64,000 nucleotides of DNA from Acidobacteriota bacterium (GCA_965249245.1 CBDFLV010000004.1:95189-159188); one strand, 5' to 3'; shown: positions 1 through 11,000, numbered from the stretch's first letter. Numbers and translations are program-made. Notes: generated by a model not told the origin, from the letters alone.

Positions 1-1501
1 GGGACGCCTCCACCAGAGCCGCGTCCTCCGATCCCAGTTGTGACGCGTCCACCTCGGAATCGAACTGGATGTCGCCCAGCTCCAGAAGGCTGGCGATCCT
101 GTCTGATTCTCCCGCGACCAGCAGATTGTCTCCGGCTCGGATGACTTCGTCCGGGGAAACTGCAGGACGAGTCTCACCTTCCCGGACAATGCCTCCTACG
201 GTGAGGCCGATCAGTTCCCCGATCCGGCTCGCATCCAGTGTAGCCCCGGCCAGAGGTGAGCCCGGGTGAACCTTGATCAGAAAGAGGTGTTGCTGAAGCT
301 GTCGGAGGGTTGTCAAACCGGTCTCGAGAACCGTGAGTCCAGGGTCGGAGCCCAGTTGATCCAGCGCCTCCCGGGCACCAATCAGAACCATCTCATCCCC
401 GGCTCCGAGAATCTCTTCTCCCAGCCCGTCGCGCAGCAGTTGCGGGCCGCGTTGGATGGCCATCACAATGGCGCCGTATTTACCCCGGAAATTCAGCTGC
501 TTCAAACTCTTATGGTGAAACGTGGAGTGGTCACCGACCTGCACGCGCATGGCACCGAATCCACGCGTAGGCCGTGGCAACTGGCCGATCCTGACCTTCT
601 TGATCTCAGTGCCCTGAACTTTGAGGATCTGCTGTAGATCCGACAAGCGACCTTCCACCAGCAGGGTGTCCCCGGAGCTCAGCACCGTGGTGGGTCTGGG
701 TGCCAGTTCCTTGCGACCGTTCCGCAAAACCGCAACCACCTGAACACCGAGCGCAGTGCCGAGGCGCGCCTCCTCCAGAGTCGTGCCGTCCAGGCCGGAG
801 TCGCTGGGAATACGAATGGAAAAAATCCTTTCATCCAGGTGGTAGACGTCAGCCAGGTCCGTGCCGGCCGAAGGGGACGGGGTCATTTCGCGCGATGGCA
901 GCAGTCTGCGGCCGATGGTCGCCATGAAAATGATACCCAGAACGAGCAGCATGATGCCCAATGGCGCAAAGTCAAAGAGCTCAAAGGACTCCATCCCCCG
1001 AGCTTCCAACATGGCTCCAACCAGGATGTTGGGGGGAGTTCCCACCAGGGTTGTCGTGCCGCCCAGGATGGCACCGAAAGAAAGGGGCATGAGGAGGCGT
1101 GAAGGAGAAAGGCCGGCGCGGCGGGCCAGACTCGCCACTGCAGGCAGCAATACCGCTGCAGCCGCGATATTGTTCATAAAGGCCGACAAGATCCCGGAGA
1201 CCAGCATGATGGTGATGATTAAGGGAACTTCCCGGCTGCCCACCCAGGCATGAATACGTACACCCACCAGATCTGCAATGCCCGTGTGCAGAAGCGAGGC
1301 ACTGACGATGAAGATCGAAAGCATGGTGATGACAGCCGAAGAAGCAAACCCTGTGAAGGCTTCGTCGGATTTCACAAAACCGCTGAAGATCAAGACAACC
1401 AGTCCCAGAAAAGCCGTCAGATCCACCGGAATCTTTTCCGTCAGGAAGAGGACGACCATGCCGGCCAGAATCAAGAACAGAAAGCCAATCTCAACAGTCA
1501 T
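1..1501 (-). CDS. DASS/SLC13-family anion permease with two central TrkA-C (RCK_C) domains; start ATG at 1499-1501, C-terminal part runs off the window (partial)
   Basis: Absent from ORF track (no stop inside window). Manual minus-strand translation from 1501: MTVEIGFLFLILAGMVVLFLTEKIPVDL...NNIAAAAVLLPAVASLARR...GGTTTLVGTPPNILV, then two RCK_C-like repeats (IRIPSDSGLDGTTLEEARLG... and HPGSPLAGATLDASRIGEL...). Confidence 0.75.
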   Translation of the reverse strand, partial: MTVEIGFLFLILAGMVVLFLTEKIPVDLTAFLGLVVLIFSGFVKSDEAFTGFASSAVITMLSIFIVSASLLHTGIADLVGVRIHAWVGSREVPLIITIMLVSGILSAFMNNIAAAAVLLPAVASLARRAGLSPSRLLMPLSFGAILGGTTTLVGTPPNILVGAMLEARGMESFELFDFAPLGIMLLVLGIIFMATIGRRLLPSREMTPSPSAGTDLADVYHLDERIFSIRIPSDSGLDGTTLEEARLGTALGVQVVAVLRNGRKELAPRPTTVLSSGDTLLVEGRLSDLQQILKVQGTEIKKVRIGQLPRPTRGFGAMRVQVGDHSTFHHKSLKQLNFRGKYGAIVMAIQRGPQLLRDGLGEEILGAGDEMVLIGAREALDQLGSDPGLTVLETGLTTLRQLQQHLFLIKVHPGSPLAGATLDASRIGELIGLTVGGIVREGETRPAVSPDEVIRAGDNLLVAGESDRIASLLELGDIQFDSEVDASQLGSEDAALVEAS

Positions 1502-1507
1502 GAGGTG

Positions 1508-2803
1508 TCACTGGCCGGTCGTGTAAAGCAACTCCGCCGTCTGAATCTCGTAGTCGTAAAGAGCACTGAAGTATTCACTCTCGGCCTCAGCCTGCGAGGC
1601 CTTGGCCAGGGCCAGCTCGACCTGGTCGGCGAGTTCCATTCGGTAGCGGGCTCGGGCCAGGCGAAGTGCATCATCGGCGTGAGCTTTCACCTGTTCGAAC
1701 GTTCTTATCGCTTCCGTCGAATTGGCGAGCTGATGATAGACGATAGTGATCTCAAGCGGAATATCCTGAAGAAGTTGATCCCTGGTGACCATGGCCTGCT
1801 GTTGGGCCTGTTCATTCTCCTGGATGGACGCCTTGAGCTGCCCTCCGGTGAAGACCGGCAGCTTGATTGCGAAGCCTCCGAAAAGGAGATTTGAGAGCGA
1901 CAACTCGGCGAAGCGAGTCCAGCCGCCGCTGAATGCCGCCATGATCCTCGGATAGCGCTCCTTCTTTGCTCTCTCGACCCACTCCCTGCGGGCTTCAATC
2001 TGGGCTTCCATAGCGCGCAGCTCGGGACGATTGGCAAGGCCTGCTGCAATCAGGACCGGGAGATCCGGCATCTCCCTCAGAGCCAGGTCCGGTTTCTCGA
2101 GTTGAAACTGCCGGGAGGAGTCACCGGAGCCCATCGCGTGGTTGAGGGCGGCCAGCGAAACGGCCTCCTCGTTGTGCGCCTGAGTAAGCCGAAGTTGACC
2201 CCGCGAAACCTCGGCTTGAGCCAGATGTACGTCGATTTTGGATCTCAAGCCAGCCCGGAAAAAGGCCTCGGCCTGGCGAAGATTCAGTTGCCTGGCCTCC
2301 AGATTTCGTTTCGCAACTTCCACCAGCCGCGCTGCCTTGAGTGCTGTGAAATAAGCCTTTCGGACGTCACTTATGACTTCGGCTTCCACCGCGCTGAGCT
2401 GGTGCTAAAGATAAGCCAGCTCCCCCGTGCGGGCGCTCGTCTCATGTTTGGTGCGACCAAAGTCCAGGATATCGTAAGAGGCGTTGACCGAGACCGCCAT
2501 GTCATCGGGCTCGGGTGAATTCGCCAGACCGTGAAGGCCGAAGGCGGCCCCAGAACCGGACAGACCCTGTTTGGCGATCCCACCTGAGTTCAACTGGGGA
2601 TAGGCGCCGGAGTGCGCGTGCCTGACTCGGGCCTCCCCTGCCGTCACTGCCAGTTCAGCCTTCAGTACACGGGGATGATTATCCACGGCCATCTCGATCG
2701 CCTGGCCCAGGCTCAGGCGCTGTTGGACCTGGCCCGCAAGGGCTCCGGAGAGTACAGCAATGAACACCGGTATGATGAGAAGAGTCAGGCCTTTTCTGGT
2801 CAT
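1508..2803 (-). pseudogene. TolC-family outer-membrane efflux protein (OMF) interrupted by a single in-frame TAG (plus-strand cta at 2405-2407); N-part 2405-2803 with signal peptide, C-part 1508-2389 in the same frame
   Basis: ORFs 2405..2803 (MTRKGLTLLIIPVFIAVLSGALAGQ..., OEP-type) and 1508..2389 (TolC-like helical/beta repeats) have the same end phase; only one stop codon separates them; combined length ~430 aa fits TolC family. Confidence 0.7.
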
Positions 2804-4092
2804 GGGTTCTCCCTTTCTACTCGCTGGCCGGGGCTTTCCGTACTTCCACTTCCATCCCTTCCCTGCACCTCTCCCCGGGTGGCCAGGACGACTATTTCGT
2901 CTCCCTCCAGCCCTTTCGTTATTTCAACTGTAATGCCGTCATCGAGGCCGGTTTCAACCTCGATTTTTCGAAGACGGCTCTCAACCACCGAGTACGTGAA
3001 CTTCTTGTGCCCCGCAGTATGGAGCGCCCTGGATGGAAGTGTGATGGCCTGGGGGCGCTCTTCGAGTGTCAGAGTCACTGCCCCATACATGCCCGGTTTC
3101 AGAATGTTTCCCGGGTTGGGTATGTCGATCTCGGTACGCATCGTCCGTGTCGCAGGATTCAGGGCTCCGGTGAATCGAGTGATCCGGGCTTCGAAAGTGT
3201 GGGAGGGCAAGGCTGGTACTTTGATCAGCGCGCGATCGCCCTGCTCTACAAACGGGACCTCCGCCTCGGGGACATCCACAAAGACACGCAGGACGTCGGT
3301 GCTGGCGATGGTGGCGACCGGCTGGGCATTCTGGGAGCTGGAGGCAGCTTGAATCAGGGTGCCGGGGTCAACGTGGCGTTCAGTGACACGGCCGCGGAAC
3401 GGAGCTTTGATCTCAGTATAAGACATCAGTGTCTTCAACCCTTCCAGGCTTGCCAGGACCCGCTTCATTTGACTTTCAACCTGGCGAATGCGGCTTTCGA
3501 GCACTTTTACCGTCGCCTCTCCAAGCTGATATTCAGCTCTTGCCTCATCCACCCTCTGGAGAGGAACCATGTCCGGTTCTTCCGAAGCGACCCCCTGCAG
3601 CCTGGTATAGGTCAGCTTCTTCAACTGGAGGTCGGCTCTCGCTCTTTCCAACTCAGCCTCTGCATGAGTCCGGTCGGCTTCGACGATCCCGAGTTCAGCC
3701 TCCGCCGTCGAATACTGGTCAGCCATCTCGGGCACCTCGAGCTTGGCCAACACCTGGCCTTTGGCAACGCGATCCCCGATGTCGACGCCGATCCACTCCA
3801 GGTAGCCAGCCACCTTGGAGTGGAGTCTGGCTCGTTGGAAGGGCTCGATGGTGCCAGACAGAGTGATCTGGCGCAGCAGGTCCTTTCGCTGTGGGACGAC
3901 CACCTCCACAACGACCGAAGCATCGTTTGAAGAGGAATTGACATCCTCCAGAGGGACAGCTTCCGGGATCTGCGGCCCGCTGCAGGAGTTGATGAAGACC
4001 AACCAGAGGAGGAGAGTCTGGAGAGGCACAGACGCCGCGTTAACCAACCTGCTTCTGATGAGAATCATCGATTCGCTCCTGTTTGTGATCAC
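2800..4092 (-). CDS. RND efflux periplasmic adaptor (membrane fusion protein, HlyD/AcrA family)
   Basis: 430-aa ORF with N-terminal TM/signal region, long coiled-coil (AEAELERARADLQLKKL...), beta-barrel/lipoyl motifs; ATGA overlap with downstream OMP gene. Confidence 0.85.
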   Translation of the reverse strand: MITNRSESMILIRSRLVNAASVPLQTLLLWLVFINSCSGPQIPEAVPLEDVNSSSNDASVVVEVVVPQRKDLLRQITLSGTIEPFQRARLHSKVAGYLEWIGVDIGDRVAKGQVLAKLEVPEMADQYSTAEAELGIVEADRTHAEAELERARADLQLKKLTYTRLQGVASEEPDMVPLQRVDEARAEYQLGEATVKVLESRIRQVESQMKRVLASLEGLKTLMSYTEIKAPFRGRVTERHVDPGTLIQAASSSQNAQPVATIASTDVLRVFVDVPEAEVPFVEQGDRALIKVPALPSHTFEARITRFTGALNPATRTMRTEIDIPNPGNILKPGMYGAVTLTLEERPQAITLPSRALHTAGHKKFTYSVVESRLRKIEVETGLDDGITVEITKGLEGDEIVVLATRGEVQGRDGSGSTESPGQRVERENP

Positions 4093-4116
4093 CCCTGGGA
4101 ACCGTTTTGACCAGCC

Positions 4117-7100
4117 TCAAGTGGCGGTGACCGTCTTGCCTCTGAAAATCAGGTACAGGCAGGGCACCACAAGCAGTGAAAGAGCTGCCGAACTGAAAAC
4201 CCCTCCGATGATGACCCTGGCCAGCGGAGCGTTTGCCTCGGCACCCTGGCCTCCGATCGCCATCGGTGTCAAAGCCAGCATCGCTGCCAGCGAGGTCATC
4301 AGGATGGGGCGCAGGCGTACCCGGGCCGCATCTAGAATGGCTTCACGGGCAGAACTCCCCTGTGACCGACGGCGATTTGCAAAACCCACCAGCAGGATGC
4401 TGTAAGCTACCACCAGACCGGTCATCATGATCATTCCCATGGCCGCCATGATGCTCAGATAGGTTCCGGTGAGGTGAAGCATAACCGATACCCCTATCAG
4501 CCCCAGAGGCACTGTCAACATAACCACCAGGGGGTCAACGAATGATCGGAACTGCAGCACCAGGACCAGGTAGACGAGGACTGCAGCCAGCAGGAATCCT
4601 TCCAGAAACTGGCCCAGGGCTTCGTACATCATGGCAACCTCACCGGACATCACATAGCCGTAGCCCTTGCCGGAGAAGTCGGGACCGGTCAGCGCCCAAT
4701 ATTCTCCGCGATCAGATTGCCTCAGGCTTGGCTTCAGTTGTGGTGAGGCCAGCAGACGCTCCTGAATGCCAGCGACTACAGATCCGATGTCGTACCCGGG
4801 CTGTGCTGAAGCATAGATGTCGGTGACCCGTGTGATGTTCCGGTGATTGATAACAGCCGGGCCTGTCCTACGATTGAGGCTCACCAGATTTCGTAGAGAC
4901 ACCGGGGGACCTCCATTTCCGCCGGTGATGGGGATATCCAGCAACGTCTCCAGCGAAACCAGATCCTCCTCCGCGTACTGGGCGCCAATAAAGTAATGGT
5001 TGCCCGAGCGCTCATCAATCCAGAAAGCCGGGTCGAAACCGATGCTCGAGTTGGTGGAGGTGACCAGGTTCTTCATGATGTCCTCAACGTTCACCCCGGC
5101 ATAGGCTGCTTTGATCCGGTCGATCTCCATGTCAATGATCGGATAGTCCATCCGCTGGGCGATGCGCACGTCGACGGTTCCTTCGGCTTTTCTCATCTCA
5201 CCGGCGATGATGGCGGCTATCTTCTGGGACGTGTCGAGGTTACTCCCAGAAACCTGGATGTGGATGGGAGCGGGTTCACCCATGTTTAGAGCGGACGAAA
5301 GCATCCCGCCGGTGTCAAAGGAAAACTCCACGCTGGGAAAGCGGTTCTGGAGTTGAGAGCGAAGACGGCTGACGGACTCGAATGTTCCGGGCATTTCGGG
5401 ATGGTTCTTCAGCTGAACCAGAACGAAGGCATCCATTGGGCCCGTATTCGGGGTGTAGGCCGCGGGCCAGTCCATCAGGACCCCGATGTTGGTGATCAGC
5501 ATGCGCAGGTTGGAATCGGGGTGACGCTCTTCGCTCCAGGGGTCGGGAAGGCCCATCTCCTCGATGATGACCTGTTCGATTTGAGCCAGGGTGTCCTCGG
5601 TCTTTTCAATCCGGGTACCGGAAGGCAGACGCACAAAGATCTGGAACTGCCCGGCATCGACCTGCGGGAACAACTCACGCCCGGTCTGGCGCAGAACAAG
5701 CAAGGAGAAGACGAAGAGCAACGCTGCCGCCAGAACCACCGCCCACCGCGCTCCAATCAGTTTCCCCAGCAAGTACACGTAGGCTCTGCTCAGCGGACTC
5801 GCCGCGTGGCCCGACTGCCTGGGCTGGGAATGAGCTCTGAGGATGCGGGCACAGAAAGCAGGCACCAGCGTGATCGAAAACAAGAATGAGAATGTCATGG
5901 CCAGGGTCGCCGCTAGAGCGACCGGACCAAACAGGTAACTGGCCATCCCGGACAGGAAAATGACCGGGAAAAACACGATGCAAAAAGTCACCGTTGAAAC
6001 CAGGACCGGTATGGCAACCTCCTCAGCCCCCTTGAGTGCTGCCTGGAAAGGCTGCTCCCCTTCCTCGATGTGCCTGACAATGGACTCCACAACGACGATG
6101 GACTGGTCAATCAGAATGCCAATCACCAGCGCCAGCCCACCGATGGTCATCGCGTTGAGGGTCGCACCGGAGAAAAACAGGCCACCGATTGCCGCCAGGA
6201 TAGCTAGAGGCAGACTGACCAGCACCACCAGCGTTGAGTGCAGCTGGCGCAAAAAGAGCAAGACCACCAGGGCGGCAAAGGCCGCTCCCAAAAGGCCTTC
6301 TAACTGAAGTGCGCTGAGTGAGTTGCGGACGTAAACAGATTGATCCAGCACGACTTCAATGGCCAGATCGCCGGCCCGTGGATCCATTTCACGAAGGCGC
6401 TGCAGAATGCGATCCAGATTGCGCCGGATGGCATTGACGATTTCAATCGTATTGGCTCCCGGCTGCCGATAAATGGGTATGTAGACCTGGCGGCGACCGT
6501 TCACACGCACGACGTTGGTCTGGATCTGGCTGGAGTCCTTGACCTCGGCCACATCCCGGATCATGATGGGCGCTCCCTGACGAATCCCAATCGGCATGTC
6601 ATTGAGCTCTTCAACGTACCTGGGCATGGAATTAGCAAAGATCTGATAGTCGATGTCACCCACCTTCATGTTGCCGGCCGGGATGAAAACATTCTGTTGC
6701 TTGAGCGCTCGGACCACGTCCATCGGAGACAGCCCACGGGCTTCCAGCTGGCCTCGGTTCACATAGGCCAGGATTCGACGCAACTTGCCCCCGTAGACGG
6801 CGGGGGCGATGACACCCTGGATGGATTGCAGCCGATTGCGAAGCTCGAAGTAGGCAATGTCATAGAGCTCTTTCTCGTTCATGGTGGGGCTGGAGACGCT
6901 GACGAGACAAAGAGGCAGTGTGGCGGTCGGATCGAAAGGCATGACCATGGGCGGGATGGTGCCGGGAGGGAGATAGAACATGTCGCTGACCGCATAGGAA
7001 GTGACCTGGCTCATGGCTGTTTCCAGGGAGATTCCTTCGCGGAAAAAGTCCTTGACAATGGAGACGCCGAGCATCGCCTTACCCTCTTGATGCTCGATGC

Positions 7101-7356
7101 CAACCGACTGCCCTGTCCACCGCTCCAGCCGGCTCATAATGTCACGTTCCATGACTTCTGGAGGCATGCCGGGGTAGAAAGTGACAATTTGAACCGCCGG
7201 TGTCTGGAAGATGGGCAGCAGGTCGGCCGGGATCCTTTGATAGGAGGTGATCCCCAGGACGATAGTGGTCAGGCTCGCAACGGCAATCGCATAGGGATTC
7301 TCAATCGCTTTCTTAATCATTCGACTGATGGGCCGGAGAGTTCCCGCCCGTTGCAT
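4117..7356 (-). CDS. RND efflux transporter permease (AcrB/CzcA superfamily, 12-TM)
   Basis: 1079-aa ORF; typical RND N-terminus (MIKKAIENPYAIAVASLTTIVLGITSYQRIP), two large periplasmic loops, 12 TM helices. Confidence 0.9.
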   Translation of the reverse strand: MQRAGTLRPISRMIKKAIENPYAIAVASLTTIVLGITSYQRIPADLLPIFQTPAVQIVTFYPGMPPEVMERDIMSRLERWTGQSVGIEHQEGKAMLGVSIVKDFFREGISLETAMSQVTSYAVSDMFYLPPGTIPPMVMPFDPTATLPLCLVSVSSPTMNEKELYDIAYFELRNRLQSIQGVIAPAVYGGKLRRILAYVNRGQLEARGLSPMDVVRALKQQNVFIPAGNMKVGDIDYQIFANSMPRYVEELNDMPIGIRQGAPIMIRDVAEVKDSSQIQTNVVRVNGRRQVYIPIYRQPGANTIEIVNAIRRNLDRILQRLREMDPRAGDLAIEVVLDQSVYVRNSLSALQLEGLLGAAFAALVVLLFLRQLHSTLVVLVSLPLAILAAIGGLFFSGATLNAMTIGGLALVIGILIDQSIVVVESIVRHIEEGEQPFQAALKGAEEVAIPVLVSTVTFCIVFFPVIFLSGMASYLFGPVALAATLAMTFSFLFSITLVPAFCARILRAHSQPRQSGHAASPLSRAYVYLLGKLIGARWAVVLAAALLFVFSLLVLRQTGRELFPQVDAGQFQIFVRLPSGTRIEKTEDTLAQIEQVIIEEMGLPDPWSEERHPDSNLRMLITNIGVLMDWPAAYTPNTGPMDAFVLVQLKNHPEMPGTFESVSRLRSQLQNRFPSVEFSFDTGGMLSSALNMGEPAPIHIQVSGSNLDTSQKIAAIIAGEMRKAEGTVDVRIAQRMDYPIIDMEIDRIKAAYAGVNVEDIMKNLVTSTNSSIGFDPAFWIDERSGNHYFIGAQYAEEDLVSLETLLDIPITGGNGGPPVSLRNLVSLNRRTGPAVINHRNITRVTDIYASAQPGYDIGSVVAGIQERLLASPQLKPSLRQSDRGEYWALTGPDFSGKGYGYVMSGEVAMMYEALGQFLEGFLLAAVLVYLVLVLQFRSFVDPLVVMLTVPLGLIGVSVMLHLTGTYLSIMAAMGMIMMTGLVVAYSILLVGFANRRRSQGSSAREAILDAARVRLRPILMTSLAAMLALTPMAIGGQGAEANAPLARVIIGGVFSSAALSLLVVPCLYLIFRGKTVTAT

Positions 7357-7370
7357 TCACCAGCGGGCTT

Positions 7371-8873
7371 TCAGTGTTTGACTCGGGACAACTGCCGCAA
7401 TTTGCGCAGCGCCTGCGCCTCAATCTGACGGATGCGCTCGCGTGTGACCGAAAACCGCTGACCGACCTCCTCCAGGGTGTATCGCCGACCATTGTCAATT
7501 CCGTAACGCATGCGAAGGATCTGCTCTTCGCGGGGAGGGAGAGTTCGCAGCACTTCCGCCGTTTGCTCCTTCAGATTGAGGTTGATTGCCCGCTCTGCCG
7601 GTGAGATTGACCGGCAATCCTCGAGGAAGTCTCCCAATTGTCTGTCTTGTTCTTCGCCGATGGGAGTTTCGAGGGAAATCGTCTGCTGCGCCACCTTCAA
7701 TGCTTGCCGAACCTGTTTGACGGGAATCCCGGTCTCGTTCCCGATCTCTTCTAGAGTTGGCTCCCGGCCCTTTTCCTGGAGGAGGGCTCGAGAAGTCCAG
7801 ATCAGCTTGTTAACCCGCTCCGTCATGTGCGCCGGGAGTCGAATGGTGCGTGACTGGTTGGCAATCGCCCGAGTAATGGCCTGACGAATCCACCAGTGTG
7901 CATAGGTGGAAAACTTATAGCCTCGTTGATACTCGAACTTATCGACTGCAGTCATCAAGCCAATGTTGCCTTCCTGGATCAAGTCCAAAAACGGCACACC
8001 CCGGTTGGTGTATTTCTTGGCAATTGTAACCACCAATCGGAGATTGGCTTCCGCCAATTCCTTCTTGGCAATGTCCTTTTCCAGTTCAAACTGCTTGATG
8101 GTCGACAGTGTGTGCTTAAGTTCCCGGGGGCTGGCTTGAACCTTGTCGCCGATCTTCTTCATTTCCTTTTCAAGTTGCCGAAGCAGGTTCTTCACATTCC
8201 CGGCTTTCTCGGGTGCCAGGGAAGACGTCTGCAATTTCTCCAGCCGTTCCCCTTCCCGCTCCAATGCCGCAATCCGCTCGACCGTGTTTCGAATCGCACT
8301 CACCAGCTTTGCCTGAGTAGCCAACGTCAAATTCAAACTGCGGATATGTCGAGAGACAACAATCCGGTGACGGGCCAGCTGAGAAAGTAATGGTTTGTGC
8401 TCGGTCGAATCTTGCCCGGTATGGCGCGCTCCTCGGCGAATCTGGGAAATCTTCGCTCGCAATTCCCCTATCTTCGCAATACGTTCGTACACCTCTGACA
8501 GGCGGGCTGCGAGGCTCTTCTCGGTTAGTTCTTCTTTCCTGAATTGGACCAGCTTGGTGATAGGCAACACGCCTTCACGGAGATCCCTTTCGTAACCCAG
8601 AAGCTCTGTTACAGCGAGCGGACAACGTGAGATGGCTTTGAGCACATTCATCTGGGCTCTTTCTATACGCTTGGCGACTGCAACCTCCGTTTCCCGATTA
8701 AGAAGTGGCACCGTCCCCATTTCCCGCATGTAAATGCGGACGGAATCGTCCGTATTCCCCGGGTTTTCGCGTGTCCACCTGGAGTCTCGCTTTTGCTTCT
8801 CTCCATTCCCGCGGCTCTTGCCGCTAAGGATTAATTCTTTGAGCCCGTCGGATGGCTGCTCTTCTCTGGACAA
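7371..8873 (-). CDS. rpoD: RNA polymerase primary sigma factor sigma-70
   Basis: 500 aa; regions 1.2-4.2 recognisable ([44 protein letters not shown]..., [28 protein letters not shown]). Confidence 0.95.
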   Translation of the reverse strand: MSREEQPSDGLKELILSGKSRGNGEKQKRDSRWTRENPGNTDDSVRIYMREMGTVPLLNRETEVAVAKRIERAQMNVLKAISRCPLAVTELLGYERDLREGVLPITKLVQFRKEELTEKSLAARLSEVYERIAKIGELRAKISQIRRGARHTGQDSTEHKPLLSQLARHRIVVSRHIRSLNLTLATQAKLVSAIRNTVERIAALEREGERLEKLQTSSLAPEKAGNVKNLLRQLEKEMKKIGDKVQASPRELKHTLSTIKQFELEKDIAKKELAEANLRLVVTIAKKYTNRGVPFLDLIQEGNIGLMTAVDKFEYQRGYKFSTYAHWWIRQAITRAIANQSRTIRLPAHMTERVNKLIWTSRALLQEKGREPTLEEIGNETGIPVKQVRQALKVAQQTISLETPIGEEQDRQLGDFLEDCRSISPAERAINLNLKEQTAEVLRTLPPREEQILRMRYGIDNGRRYTLEEVGQRFSVTRERIRQIEAQALRKLRQLSRVKH

Positions 8874-9336
8874 TTCTCTTCCCTTCTCCCTTGCAGTGCA
8901 GGCACGAACGCGCTGCCCAACTCACACCTGTGCTTACGGTACCACGTTGTCGCTCCCCGGGCCGGGCTCCGGCGGGATCTCGGCCACCGCCGGCTCGCCT
9001 TGCATCTGCACCCACCGTGCCAGCAACGCGACCCCTGGGACCTCGGCATCAAACCACGCCGACTCAATCGTGGCAACCTCCCAGGCCCGACTGGTGCCTG
9101 AGAGGAAAATGCTACACAAGCGCCTGTTCGCGGAATGATCAAAGAGTACGGAGGACATTCATGCGTGCTACAATCCCCTCCGAATGGCTCGCTGTCGTCG
9201 CTTCGAAAACTTATCAATTGCCCGGGCTTGACCGGGCAGATCACGGTCGTTCAGCGCCGGCCACGTAGCCCACAAGGCTCCCTCCCAGAGCAGCCAGGGC
9301 AATCCCGACCGAAGCAGAGCGGGACACGACCCATAG

Positions 9337-9588
9337 CGCGATGACCGAGCAAAGGACCAACAACAGCAGTGGATCGACCAGGCAGCCCTTCCCAACCCCA
9401 TCCCGATCCGTCCGAACTTTCTGAAGATGATTCTGCTGGCGCTTCTTGCAGGGCTGTTGCTGGGCATCTCACTGGTCGTTGTTCAGGATTCGATCCGAAA
9501 GCAACGCCGCCGGGATCTGGAAAGTTTGAGGGCTTCGCAAGCTCCGGCTGACCCGGGGAGTCGCCGTTCTCCAGAAGATCAGCATTGA
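9337..9588 (+). pseudogene. C-terminal remnant of a polysaccharide co-polymerase (Wzz/PCP chain-length determinant): proline-rich motif plus TM2 only; no start codon, N-terminal 90% missing
   Basis: Frame opening after TAG at ~9334-9336 reads ...DQQQQWIDQAALPNPIPIRPNFLKMILLALLAGLLLGISLVVVQDSIRKQRRRDLESL...*; matches PCP C-terminal P-x2-P-x4-P-G-rich TM2 signature; not in ORF track (<60 aa from first ATG). Confidence 0.45.
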
Positions 9589-9680
9589 CGTGGAGGACCG
9601 AGAAGGTCTGAAGCGGGGCGAAGGGAGCTGATAAAGCTCGCGTCGTTCCCCAGCTACACTGAAATCATCGGGTATAGAAT

Positions 9681-11000
9681 ATGAAGGTTCTGGTGTGGGG
9701 CCTGGGTTACGTCGGCACAGTGACAGCCGCCAGTCTGGCGCGGTTCGGCCACGAAGTTGTGGCCATTGAAGTCAACGAAAGGAAAGTCAGAGCCTTCAAC
9801 CACGGTCATCCGCTCGTTCAAGAGCCGGCACTCCAGCAGCTGGTCGAGGAAGGCGTCCGGTCCGGCAGCCTGCACGCCACAACCGATGGTCGTCAATTCG
9901 TAGCGGATGCCGACATTTCCACGATCTGTGTCGGTACCCCGAGCGGCGCCGATGGGGCCACTGAGCTCTCTGACCTGGAGAGAGTGGCTGCCCAGATCGG
10001 TTCGGGGCTTCGAAACAGCGCTCGTTACCACGTCGTGAACCTGCGCAGTACGGTGTTCCCGGGAACCACCCGTCAGTTGCTGTGTCCCCTGCTGGAGAAA
10101 GCATCGAACAAGAAAGTGGGCAAAGACTTCGGAGTCGTGGTGAATCCGGAGTTTCTCCGGGAGGGCTCGGGCGTCGCGGATTTCCACGATCCGCCCTACA
10201 CTGTCGTGGGAGGGCTGGATTCGCGGTCAGTGGATATTGTGGCCGGCCTCTATGCGTCCATCGCGGCGCCCGTGCGATGCCTGGCCCTGGAAGAGGCGGA
10301 GCTGGTCAAGCTGGTCAACAACGCATTCCATACCCTCAAAGTTGGGTTCGCCAACGAGGTTGGACGATTGTGTGAGGGAGTCGGAATTGACAGCCACAAG
10401 ATCATGGATCTGATCTGTGAAGACACGAAACTGAACATCTCAACAGCCTATTTACGGCCGGGATTTGCCTTTGGTGGGCCCTGCCTGCCGAAAGACTTGC
10501 GGGCACTACTGGCGAATGCGGCTCGTCTGGGGATTCCAGTCCCGTTGTTGGAATCGATCCTTCCCAGCAATCGTCTTCAAATTGAAGTTGTTCTCTCCAG
10601 GGTACAGGAGCTGGGAGCAAAGAACGTGGGTATCCTTGGCCTGAGTTTCAAGCCGGGTACAGACGATTTGCGAGAGAGCCCGATTCTAGAGCTGGTTAGA
10701 GAGCTTCTGTCCCGGGATGTGAACGTGATGGCGTTCGATCCGGACCTGGTTCCAACGCAGCTACTTGGAGCGAATCTCGAGTTCGCAAATTCCCGGGTAC
10801 CTGACATTTCCGGGATTCTCCGCAGTCGTTCCGAAGAACTAATGGAGCATTCCGAAGTCATCATCGTTTGTCAGAAGCGGGAGGAGTTTGCTCGATTGGT
10901 GGCCCGGGCCAAGCAGACTCAGGCCGTTCTTGACCTGGTTCGCCTCACTGACAAGCCGAAGTCTCTGACCCATGCACGCTATATGGGAATCTCCTGGTGA
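9681..11000 (+). CDS. Nucleotide-sugar dehydrogenase (UDP-glucose/GDP-mannose 6-dehydrogenase family)
   Basis: 439 aa; N-terminal Rossmann MKVLVWGLGYVGTVTAASLA, catalytic Cys region GFAFGGPCLPKDLRAL, C-terminal UDP-binding domain. Confidence 0.9.
   Translation: MKVLVWGLGYVGTVTAASLARFGHEVVAIEVNERKVRAFNHGHPLVQEPALQQLVEEGVRSGSLHATTDGRQFVADADISTICVGTPSGADGATELSDLERVAAQIGSGLRNSARYHVVNLRSTVFPGTTRQLLCPLLEKASNKKVGKDFGVVVNPEFLREGSGVADFHDPPYTVVGGLDSRSVDIVAGLYASIAAPVRCLALEEAELVKLVNNAFHTLKVGFANEVGRLCEGVGIDSHKIMDLICEDTKLNISTAYLRPGFAFGGPCLPKDLRALLANAARLGIPVPLLESILPSNRLQIEVVLSRVQELGAKNVGILGLSFKPGTDDLRESPILELVRELLSRDVNVMAFDPDLVPTQLLGANLEFANSRVPDISGILRSRSEELMEHSEVIIVCQKREEFARLVARAKQTQAVLDLVRLTDKPKSLTHARYMGISW

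Noticed and set aside
69-1894. Plus-strand ORFs 69..269, 266..637, 861..1253, 1250..1894
   Set aside because: The real gene is the unlisted minus-strand DASS/TrkA-C permease (no stop inside the window) and the TolC C-terminus; plus-strand translations are non-protein-like
4996-7428. Plus-strand ORFs (e.g. 6340..7428, 362 aa; 5353..5889) opposite the RND pump gene
   Set aside because: Antisense shadow ORFs; the minus-strand frame encodes an unmistakable 12-TM RND permease
8824-9268. ORFs 8831..9244 (-), 8852..9268 (+), 8934..9158 (-) upstream of rpoD
   Set aside because: Overlapping, Pro/Arg-rich translations typical of non-coding GC-rich DNA; the region is the rpoD promoter/leader plus the Wzz remnant
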